64,000 nucleotides of DNA from Catajapyx aquilonaris (Eukaryota). The translations under genes were made by a program, and so were the position numbers. The DNA lies in the NCBI GenBank assembly GCA_000934665.2, contig KZ537967.1:1-64000 (forward strand), in the 5' to 3' direction. Each line of letters opens with the position of its first letter. Positions within the stretch are counted from its first letter, which is position 1. Shown here piece by piece: positions 50,724 to 62,351 of this stretch. The notes below the pieces were generated by a model, which was not told where the DNA came from, made no database searches, and worked only from the letters and a program-made list of their open reading frames with translations.

Positions 50724-51555
50724 CCACGATATAGAAGATAGTATATCGATAAAACTGAGCGATATCGCTCGATAGTTCAAAATTCCTCTTGTTCCCACAT
50801 CGCTGGGAACAATTAAAACATGTCGACAGTTCAATGAATCGTGTCGGTCATGGAAAAAAAAATCCCTTGTTTTGTATTTGCAGTGTGAAATGCTCCGGAT
50901 TGTTGCCAAAGTGTGGGAGTTTGGGAGGCAGGAGTTGAAAGGGCGGGGGGGTTACATTATTGGCAGGCAATCGGCGGAACAGAGCGAAACTCGTTTCATG
51001 GTCTCCCACTCCAAGCAACGTACCAGAAAAACCGCACTCATTCGAGTAACGACGGGCATCGTTTCACATGTTGCAGGAACCACAACAATTCTTCGTGACT
51101 TGCCCCCCCTCCCAAACCCCCTTTGGACCAACGACAAATAACCTTTTGCATTTTGCACGCCCCTTATTTTTTTGTGTGCCAAACCACAACATAGCATAGG
51201 TTACAAACATGTTACGGTTTTCCTTCCAAGGTGAGGGTAAAAATTGGTTCGTTTTCTTGTACACAAAAAAATTGAGAGAGCTAAGGACACCCTTTTGTGC
51301 GCACGGAATTCTCAGATTTCTTTCAGTCTCGCATCAAGCGTTGCAGAAACTTTTGCTAGAAAAGGTTGAAAGATCAATTCCGCGTTTCCTTTTAACTGTT
51401 AGCCCACAAAAACTTCTCAGAAGGGAATGAAAATGTTTCAATGAAATATACGAGAAGCTTCCGAATCATTGGAGGGTCATCACTTTGCCTCGGGAGATGA
51501 AGAAAATTCATTGAATATTAGGCACATGCCCTAATAATTAATTTAATGTGTGCAG

Positions 51556-52480
51556 GTACTGTTGTGCGCCTGCCTACAGGCTGGGTGGTCAATGCCCCAG
51601 CATTACATCCAAGAAGATGACTACGACTACTCCGGTGGTCAGCAGAGAGGTCAGCAGCCTCAGTACCGACTGGTCGCGTATGACCCAAGGGCGTTGGGAG
51701 GAAAGGCCAAGCCATCCCCTTCTCCAAGACCCACGCTGTCACCCAAATCTGCAGCTGACCAACAGGTCAAAATCCTGAAGCAGGTCAACCGTATCAACGA
51801 CGATGGGTCATACACGTACGGGTTCGAAGCAGGTGATGGGTCATTCAAGATTGAAACACGAGACCAGCTTGGAAATGTCAAGGGCAAATTTGGGTTCCTG
51901 GACGCGTCTGGTGACCTCAAGACGGTGGAGTACAATGCAGGAAACGGTACTGGCTACACTGCGTCTGGTGATTTCCTTCCGCCGTCTGCTGGTGCCACGC
52001 AGGTCACAGCCGTACCAGTCAAACCCACGTCGTCAGGCAAACATCCGCAGTACCTCCAGGTCGGACCTACCGAAGCGACGTATGTGCAGACGCCTAAAGG
52101 TCGGCCGTACCTTGCACGACCCACACACGCACCTGCCATACAGTACACCGCCGTACCGCAGTACCAGCCGCAACACCACCAGCCGCAGCACAGACAGGTG
52201 ATACCGCAGCACCAGCCGCAGCACAGACAAGTGATACCACAGCACCAGCCGACCCTACTGTACCAGCCGCAACACCATACCGGAGGTGAAGCAGCCGAGA
52301 GAGGACCAATCAACTACGAACTGGAAGGATTCAGCGAGGATGTTGACCAGGACGGATTCGTTGACCCCTTGCCCGCTGGTGCTGTCAAGGGCAAAGGTCA
52401 TGGAGGTGGTGCTGGGGGCGGTGCTGGTGGCGGTGGCGGTGGGGCCTTCAAAGCATCTGGAATTACCGGTAATTTTGCAG
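51556..52480 (+). CDS. CP-E exon 2: CPR cuticular protein (R&R domain, QHQP repeats, Gly tract)
   Basis: Acceptor gtgtgcag, VLLCACLQAGWSMPQ..., then ILKQVNRINDDGSYTYGFEAGDGSFKIETRDQLGNVKGKFGFLDASGDLKTVEYNAG..GYTASG. Phase-1 donor cag|gtacgg. Confidence 0.9.
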
Positions 52481-53522
52481 GTACGGTACGCTACTTTATG
52501 TAATTATTTCCCCGAACTTAGGACTGCAGTGATCACCACTAGACCACTGGGTCACTCGTCCTTGATACATTTTTTCCCCCCATTAACGGTATACGACGCA
52601 GTAGCCGTATATAAAACGGTTTCTTGCGTAATGTCGAAATCAGTCAGCGTGATTCACACGTCGTTGACCTCGAGTTTTCATTGTGCAGAGATCCAGGAAC
52701 GCACGTTGCATCATGGCGTGTTCTCTGCTAAATTACTTGATGCCTGAAAAATATTTCTGAACAGGCGAAAGTGTGCCACTTCCTTCTTAATTATGCCGTT
52801 GCCTGCTGTATATTTAATAATTATCTGCGGTGTGCCAGGACATTTGGATTGTTACGATACCTAGCTGTTACATAATTTCTAAAAAGTCTATACGCAGTAC
52901 ACGTTGTTCTCTAATATAAAGATGCAAAACACTGTAGGCAGCGGACACCATAAAATGCACGTCTGGCACCTCCCATTATTCAAATTTCTACAAAAGGACC
53001 CCAGGTTGCCAGATGGCATTAGCGACGTTTTTGAAAGAATGTTGTTACCAGTAATTTATAAAACAATTACATACAGAAGTACATCGTATTTCAATATCAA
53101 TTTACATATATGAAAAGCACAAGCACTTGAGTAATATTTCCTTTGCCAGTGGAATGTTTTTAATTACATAATGTTCGCTTCACTTGGTACCCTCATTCCC
53201 TCCTTGAAGCATGCGTGGTAAGGTGCCAGACGTACATTTTCGGAGGGCCGCTCGCTGCCTACACGAATTGTTAAGAGCGCAACCCAGTACGCACCAAAAT
53301 TCGCGCAACTTACACGGTTGGCATTATCAATGATATCTGATAAGCTGGCTGCACTTATTTCCAAGGCTACGTACAAAATGGCAGACGTTTGCGACGTTGC
53401 CACGGCTCTTGACGAAACCACTCCTAGGCTACGTTGTTGCTGTCAAAATGGAGCTGCGCGAATGTGGGTGAGCACTCGGTTTATCTCTAGCTAGGTGATT
53501 AATTGAATATTTTCCCCACAAG

Positions 53523-54226
53523 GTATCGGATCTCAAGGCATTGGCGGCCATGGCGGGATCTCCCAGGGCATAGGTCACCACCAAGCAGTAGCACCACAGC
53601 ACCATGGTATTCTCCTGGGCGGATTCCAGGGCGGGCAAGGTGGAGGCCATCCTGGGGCAGGACTCCAGCTCTCAGCCTTCCCGTTCCAGGCAGCCGGACT
53701 GAAGCCCAACGGCCCCATCCACGGGGCCCATCTCGGGGCATTCCCATTCCAGGCAAACGCCCTGGGCCATCACCCCCACACAGCGGGGCAGACAGTCGAA
53801 GTCCAGACCTTCCCTGGCCCCGCGCCCAAACCGGTCAAGCCCATCCACCACTCCCAGTCTCCAAAGTCGCCCCAGCAAGCCCATCAGCCCCAGCAGTTGC
53901 CCTTCATCGACTTCGAAGGTCTGGGCGGCCACAATGCCATCCTGGGCGGTGGCTTCGGGGGCAACAGGGGCATATTCGGGGCAGGAAACGGAGGATTCCA
54001 ACTTCAGGGACTGGAACTCGGAGGTCCTCACCACCAAGGGATAAGGGCTAGTCAGGCCGGATTGCACCAGCAGGAGATACCCTTCCACCTGGTAGCTGCC
54101 CAGGGGCAACCAGGCCCCGGAAGATTCCCAGGACGCGCCCAATTCCCAGGCGCCTCTGAAGGGCTCGTGAGTCATTTCGCGGGTGGTCAACACCGACAGG
54201 GGACCTTGAGGCCTCAATTTGCATGA
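53523..54226 (+). CDS. CP-E exon 3: Gly/His/Gln/Phe-rich tail (protein about 548 aa)
   Basis: Acceptor tttccccacaag. The open phase-1 frame (G)IGSQGIGGHGGISQGIGHH... is continuous with track ORF 53897..54226 and ends RPQFA*. Spliced CDS is 1647 nt; AATAAA near 54492 and 54610. Confidence 0.8.
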
Positions 54227-57204
54227 GCAGTGTTTACGTGCAATATGTGCTGTGACTTTTTTAATGTCTGGACCTTACAATGAAAGAAACGCTGGGGGGT
54301 TTTCCCCCTCCCCCCACACACACTCCACATGAAGCGAAAGCTGCTAAATGCATGAAACAACGAAAGGGGGGACACGCCCGGGTAGGTCAGAGTTACACCA
54401 TTGTCCCGTGGTAAGGGGGCATGATTTCAGTTCACGTCAAAGTTTCTCGGTCAAGTACTCCCTAATGACGGAAAAGAGTGAAAGTATAAAAAATAAAAAT
54501 AAAAGGGGTGGGTGCAAGGTACGGAATGTTTTACATCCCCCCCCCCCTTCCGACTTAACCTTTTTGGTTACGAAATTTTTATGTGTACTACTGTATGTGT
54601 GCATTGCGTAATAAATATACTGTATATAGGTGTTACCGATGTAGTTTTTTTGCTGTTTTATTTTTTGTCAATGTGTCGCCCCATAATTGTCAACACCCAA
54701 CTATTAATTAATTAATTATTTCCGTTCATTCACTTATCTATATTTTATTATTTATTTAATTAATTTACATATACAATGATTAGGTGAATAATTTATTTCA
54801 ATTCGTTTATTTATCAATACACTGTACTCCCGATTATATTAACTTTCACTTATATCATTAATTAATAAATATTTATATGATGAATTCTTTTATTTAGCTA
54901 CTTATAGGGAGTTGTGTCTAGTTGACGATCACATGTTGACAGCATATGTTGTACCATTTAAATTACCCTGAAAAATTTGGACCAGCTTCATACTGATGGT
55001 GCTCACTAAGCAAATAACAACGAGTACTATCTCTTGCTATTATTTTCTATTTTTCTGCCTGGAAACGTCAAGCTTTGCGACGAAACACAAATCATTGCAA
55101 ATTATGGCACTTCAGAGTTTCTTGTGTCTGAGCTTCAAAAAAAAAAAAAAAAAGCAAGGCAACAACTTAAGAGATAAAAAAAGGCACGAGGACACGCTGT
55201 AATTACTCTCAGGCCATGTAAAAGCTAGACCTCGCCTTTCCTGGCTTGCTCCCAATCCTATTAGTTGGGTACTGCAGACAATATCAAGCACTTTCACTAC
55301 CATGAAACACCCACCCAATTTCTTTGTGGTCTGCTCGAGATCTCCCCATTTGCTCTCAGGGGAGCGAGAGAGGCGACGGCCGGTACCCCCCAAAAAAGTG
55401 TACAAAAAGAGCAAGTTTAATGGACAGTTTAAGACCTCTCTAAGTAGACGGAAGAGGAAAAAATAAAAATAAAATGAGCATATGGATATGACGGAGCTGA
55501 CAGGCATACCACAGAAAAATGCGTGTCACGTACGAACCAGAACTGAAACCTGCCAACCGTATCTTTGTCCCGTTGCTAAAAACGGGACAGTAAGAATGAA
55601 ACAAGCCTAAAAGGGACAAGACGCTTTTTTTTTGTATTTTTTGGTGGGGGAGAAGCAGCAGCTTCCAGACGTCTGCTAAATCTGATTTAGTGGGGGCGTA
55701 AAGCTAGGGTGGTGTAAATTTTGGAGCAAAATTCACTAGAGGATTCCTCCACCGAAAATGCTGAGGACTTCCAGTTGGTTTGTGTGGGGAGATTGGCTAA
55801 AACCGAGAGCGGTTTTGGGTTTCCGCGGTGTGAGGTGTGCCAAAAATCACGAGGCGTCAATCAGAAAGCGGGAGGTTTTGCGGGGGACAGCGGCAGTCAG
55901 GCGATGAGGGGGATATATATTTCAGCGATAAATGATGGGCCGTAATGTGCAACGACAATGTTGGCAAGTCTTGATAATAGTGACTGGCAAGCCTGTTTCA
56001 GAAATTACTTGTTTAAAATCCAAAAAGTGGTCGCATTTCAAGTGTGAACAATCACAGTCTATCACAGGTGTTTTGAACATTTTTGCATATACATTTGTAG
56101 ACTTTTTTAAATCAAAAAAAGTCAGTCAGTCCGTCCGTCTGTGGACAGGTATCATGCTCTACACAGCAAAAGACAGCGACAAACGATTTTCGGATTCGGA
56201 TTCGGATAGGTTTCATGATTATAACTTCTGGTGACCGGCCATTTCCGGTTTTCCGGTTTCACGCCAGCTGCCCAATGAGAAAAAGTCTACTAGAATCACG
56301 CCAATATTGTTTAAATTGAGCAGCCTGTGACTGTAGGATGTCATCCCGATTCAGCTCAATTTTGGCGTCCGTTTCGTTTTTGATTATTCCCATCTCTTTT
56401 GTCACACTTGATGACAACTGCGACTGTACCACAATGGTACAGGTCTACCAACCGTGTTCTAGGAATAAAAAAATGGCGGTGACAGACTCCGTATGTGTCA
56501 TTCTCTGCAACAAAAAATGGGCTGATTAATCTGGATGCCATCCTGTCACTCGCAGACCCCAAGATATTTGGACAAAGGCCCCTCTTATTTGACAATTCAG
56601 CCCATCCCTTGTCCTCCTTCCCATCCCCAACCAAGCATTTACATGATGAGGTCCTCACGTCAACAGCATTCAGTCCGACAGTCCTTCTACTGAAAGCAAA
56701 AGGGGCCGGTAATCACCTTCCGACCCACACGTCGTACCAACCCTTCTAATAGTCTGCCGCTATTTATTCATAGTCGGAAATTCGACTGGCATTCGTCATT
56801 GTCTGACCGTTTCCTGACGTAGGATGAGGCTGCCTCGAGTCCCCTTCCCTTGCACGTCTGGGCCTGAAGAAGATGGAAACCCGGAGAATGGCTGCTGCGA
56901 AGGAATCCATTTGCATTGCAAAATAGCTGCTGATTTCCTAGCCCAAGAGAGAAGAAGGAGGATCCGAGTCTTGAACGACAAACGTTTCCACCCAATAGAT
57001 TTTTTTTCTTCTTCTTCGACCTTCTTCTACTCCCAGGCATCTAGTTTCTTTTCCTCCAGATCCTCTAGACTTGCAGATCTGTTCTATTGGGTGGTGATCA
57101 CCAACCAATTTCTTTGGATTGTGCGTCACAAGTGGCAGAAACAGCCTAATATGCACGGAGATGTAATAAATTCATATTAGCAATATCTATACGACAGAGT
57201 AGTG

Positions 57205-57290
57205 TGATTGGTCCCCTGATATTGTTACCGAGCTGCTTCCCATTGGTTCGCGTCCCGCGCATGCGCAATGGGCGGAAAAAACTCCTCAGT
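57205..57290 (+). repeat. Dispersed ATTGG/GCGCATGCGC repeat, copy 4
   Basis: TGATTGGTCCCCTGATATTGTTACCGAGCTGCTTCCCATTGG..GCGCATGCGCAATGGG. Confidence 0.72.
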
Positions 57291-60200
57291 CGTTTGCTGG
57301 AGGTCTGACGGGAAACATCGTGTCTCTCGTAACTGTATAAAAATTGAAAGCACATACTCTTGTAGAGCTGCTCAATTGTGGTGATCAGTAACCAATAATT
57401 CCGTCGGATTTTGGATGGCGACAAGTGGCAACCGCGGGTAATAAGTACATCGTTATCGCGATAGATTGACTATTAAATACTGCAACAAAGAGCTGGGGCT
57501 CTCATAAGAATAATTGGCTTCATTATTACAAATGACTGCACCGCACGAACATTTGCTATTTACCGCAAAGTTGTAACGGCATGAAATATTCCATTGTGTC
57601 CCACTAGTAAGTGGCTCGATTATTAAACTATAAACACCGCGCGAAACACTGGCACCGAGCATGGACGCAGCTAATTACACTTTATGTCCATAAATCGAAT
57701 GGATTGTTCTAGTGTTGTTGGGGGGAAAGGACAAATAACAATGCGCATTAGCGGTCACACCTTATACTCCGGACATTTTTTATCCGCCCATTTAAAATAT
57801 TAATTATGCAGCAATGGGACAGCGAAATTGTCAACCCATACTTATTATTGGTACATGTTTTTTTTGGCAATGGGTATGCAAATACTGTTTTGTTTAAATA
57901 GACTAGAGCCACCGGATATTTTTAATTAGTGTGTATTGCCGGTTAAATAACTCTTTGATTCCCTTTTGGGGGCAAGTATTTTAATTAGTTTACTCCCACT
58001 GATGTAAACGAATCAAATATCATGGGTTCACAGCAATTTAACCCTTATGTTCCAGAGGGTACTATTCTCCAGATTATTTTCTCTCTCTCTCTCCCCCCCC
58101 CCTTCCCTTTCATGCCTTGTCTAACTCTACGACGTCACATTTTTTCCTCCTAAAGGGCCGGATTTTTACAAGGGGGGGTAACGACAAAAGGGGGAGGGAT
58201 CAACCCTGGATATTGAAATTCAGGCTGAATTTTTGACAAGCAGAATGTGAATGAAGTTTGCCCATTATTTTCGCTACTTTCGTTCAACCGTGAAGCGGGT
58301 AAACAGCACCGGGGTCGTGCCAAAAAAAATTAGTTGGGGGGGGGATAAAATTTTCTGAAAAAGGAAAGTGGATCGCGAGGGCTTGGGTCGTCTGGGCGAA
58401 GGCTATTTCACAGCTCAAGAAACACTACAATTAATGGTGATAGATGGATATCATCAGTGTGGGAATTCAGGTGTAGTAATCAAAAATGCTCACGGTGCGT
58501 GGCTTTGCTCGTACTACTTCAGGAGCAATTGAAAGGAAGGTTTAAAAAAAAGTAGGTTTGTTGTCGTAATTAACTGGCTCAATTTAAAGTCTTGTTTGTC
58601 TTTATTACAGTTCACGCTAGCAGATTCACTACTAACAAGTGAGTGTAACATGGTTGTTTATAGCCCTTTCTTTTTTAAAAAAAAACTAGGACATGTGCAC
58701 GTACTGTACCGTGCAGTACAGTAATTGCGGGAATATTATAGTTAATAAAAATTTTAAAATATTTTTCTGCTTAGTCATTTTTTGTGTACTGATAATTCAG
58801 CCCAGAAAGTTCGAAGTATACGAAATATTCAGAACTCATATGCAGCACTTTTGATTTTAAAAAACAAACAAACAAACATTATTTTGCAGTGCGATATTTA
58901 TGAGCCTATATTAATTCCCAATATATATATAAGAAGGCAATTAAAAACTGACTAGTGAATATTTTCCCTCAAATCTGTCCGAATTATTAGCATCAGGGGT
59001 GATAGGTCAGATTATTTCGTACATTTGAAGGAATCGAAAATTGCATTTTCTCACAATCGGTTCTTGTACACAGTACAGCCCTGCGCTTTTAATGACATCA
59101 AGTTACAATTATGCACTCACCAGGTCAACAATAAGCATTAAAAATGCACAGTTAGAAATGAATTAAAACCAGCAGAACTTTATTTAAAAAAAGAGGGCAC
59201 CTTTTCATGAATAAGATTGTGAGTAATCAGGCCATGATGGAAGCCTCGCAGCACAGAATCCCTGGCTAAAGGTGCGTCTGGGGAGGACCACATCCCCCTT
59301 CTCCTGCTTACCCCATCCCCTGCATCCTCCCTCAGCATCCTACTCCGGAGGAAATGTAATTACAAACCCATGTTCAGTTTGTGGTTTCATCTCTGAGAGT
59401 CGGACTCTGGAAACAACTCCTTTGTAAGATTAATATTAATGCCATGGGTTTCGTCTTTGCCAAGAGACCGGATGGACGCACACAACTTGTCTGCACCTCA
59501 TTTGCAAGGAAACTCTTGGGGAGCCCCGCCTATATACGCATATATACACACACAGACTTTGCATTTTCGGAACAACGCTATAAACACCAGGCCCCATAAT
59601 TAGCGCCACAGGTGTGTAAAAGCGCCTCTGGAGGGACCGGACTCTAATTCAAATCCGTCTCTGCAATTTTTTTGGGAGGAACTCGCAAAACTATAGGGAC
59701 ACACAACTTGGTTTGCATGAGCTGCACTGCTGGGCTAGGAAATTATTGGTAAATGGCTAAGCTCTTGACAACAGTGGACAAGTTAGCATCAACACCAAGC
59801 TCACACTGAAGAAGAATACAAATTTGACTTCTATGTTAGCTGCTGATTCATGTGGCTTATTTTGTGTAATGATATGCAATTCGCCTTCTGAAAGGTACAT
59901 CATTTTTTAAACTATGTATAAAATAAAGTGCTTAGAACACTTTTGTGTACCTGACTGTCAACCATTCAAGAAAATGGGTGGTAAAACATGCTATAGCTTA
60001 TACATGTTTTTTCAAAGCAGAATTTTTCAAACGCATTACCTTGTTTGAACGCATGTCAACGCAGCAGGTTCTACAAACAACTTGCTCTAAAAGAAAATGA
60101 ATTTCACACAATTACAGCCAGCGTGGAGTGGGCGGGGACATGCTTTAATCCATCAAAGGGCATCAGATTTACAGTACACAGCACTACATTTTCTGATGCA

Positions 60201-62235
60201 TTATCTTATTTCTCTTTGATCCCTTTGCACGCCCACCAAAAGCCAACAAGTGCACATGCAATAGGTAATCCCCCAGCTCAATACCCATCCAAACATTGAC
60301 ATCGAATGTGTCAACAGCATCCATCAGGTGTACTCTATTTTATATCAACTTGTGGGTTGTCGCATAAAGTGTCATCTAATTATGAAAAAAAAGTCATTCA
60401 ACAGCCTGTTGGGCGATTTTATGACAAAAAATAAACTTGAAGAAATGCCTCCTGGTGAGTGACGGTAAACTCTCCTCTAGTTTTCTCCACGAACTTGTCG
60501 ACATGAAGTGATTATTTGCGTTCCTTTTAGAGTAGCTTTTTCCCCAGCTGTTGGGACAGTCAAGGAGATTTCTCCAGCAATATGGAGCTGAAAAAAGGGG
60601 GGGCTTCAAAATCTCCAGAGTGCAGCTTCAAACCCCGGAGCTGCTTTCATCAGGACCCAACTCTTTCCAGCTATTCGACAGGCGCAAAGTAGTGGGGGAG
60701 GAAGGACAGAAGGGCCCTCTCTATGTTCTATTTGCAGAGACCTGGCTAAACACACCTCTTTTCTTCCCCAAATGAAGGCTCGTCCCAAGACACTTCGGGA
60801 AAGGCTCATCAAACGAGGGCGCTAATAAAAGAGGTTAACTTGGCTCATTCGTGTGTCCATTCCCATCCTGAGAGAGGAGGTCCAGAGAAAGGAAAAGAGA
60901 GAGATTTTTTTGGGGGGGGGAGAAGCTGAAGTCGGATGGACCAAAATGGAAGACTCTGGTTGAAATTGCAATGTTGTTCATAACTTGTACAGTGCTTTCT
61001 TCAAGTAAACAATTCTTTTAAAGAGAATTACATGACAGTTTCAGCACCGTTTGATGCACTTTCCAACGTTGCAAAAATATATATTCAGTGCATTGCCCCT
61101 GCTGACAATATGGCATGCACAATGCGTCATAACGTCCAGTAAGAAATAAGCCATCAGACAAAACGGTGGCCATTCTTCGTCGAGCCAAATTGTTCCAGAG
61201 TGACGTGTATTTGAACTGAATCGTTCATTAGGAGCTCTAAATGCGTTGTGAAGCTCAGGGCTAGACAAACAATGCTATAAAACAGAGAGCACCCCCTACC
61301 TCCCCACCATCCCTACTCTGCCAATATGACCCCCCCTCACATTGCGACAAAATGTTGAATAACGCTGAGGTATGGTTATGGACTTTCTGTCCGGCGTTGC
61401 ATGCTGCCCGGGGCCCCTAACAATAGCCCGCCATCGCACACGATCGACAATAGAGATGAAAGACTAAAATGAGCACTCAACTGCCGTTTAATTATTCATT
61501 ATCTCTCCACTGCTCTCATCAAGATATCTGCTGCTGTACCCGCATGAAACGAGGGCATACTGCAATCAAAATTGTCCACTTTTTTTGCAAAAAAAAATCA
61601 AACGGGCGCAGTTCCAAACCCTGCTGCTAATCCACAGAACGATCAGAGGTCATAATAAAAATTTGCCAATTTTGTCGTACTTCCAAGTCTGGATTATTTG
61701 CGAGCACAAACATGGCCGCTTGGGGGCACACCTTCTGGCTTCATCAGTCCTTTCAGCTTTAAAATACTATCCCAACCGCACATTTAAATATGGCTCGGAA
61801 ATACGCCAAAAGCACGCGTTTTTGTGTGCAGAATATTTTCAGCACGCGGAGGCAGAGCAACTCGTGCCATGCAAAGTGCCGACTTGATCCAACCCCTTCT
61901 GGCTGTGCATGGAAGAGAGGAGGAGGAGGCAGCTGGAGAGAGGCGCAATTACGTAGCGTGCGGCTTGGAATAACTTACAACCATTTCCACCTCCCGCCCC
62001 CAAAACAAATGGACAGAAAATAGGCCATTACCCAAATGACTTAGGTTCGCAATGTCCATTATTTCTGCCATGCACATAAATCGAGGTGCCCCAGAAGCGG
62101 TCTCAAAATCTTGGAAGCAAAACAAGCGGAAAGGTGACTGCTGGTGTAACGGCTGATCGTGACGTGACGTGACAAAACCCGTACTAGCACAAAATGAGCA
62201 TGTTTGCAAAAATAAGTCCAAATCGTAGTGGGACT

Positions 62236-62351
62236 TTCTGATTGGTCCGCCGGATATTGTTACCGCGACGGTCCGATTGGCCCGGGTTCTACGCATGCGC
62301 AGTGGATGGATACAGCGCCTCTGGTGGGTGGGAGGAGGAACTATCCATTCC
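62236..62351 (+). repeat. Dispersed ATTGG/GCGCATGCGC repeat, copy 5
   Basis: TTCTGATTGGTCCGCCGGATATTGTTACCGCGACGGTCCGATTGG..TTCTACGCATGCGCAGTGG..CAGCGCCTCTGGTGGGTGGGAGGAG. Confidence 0.75.
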
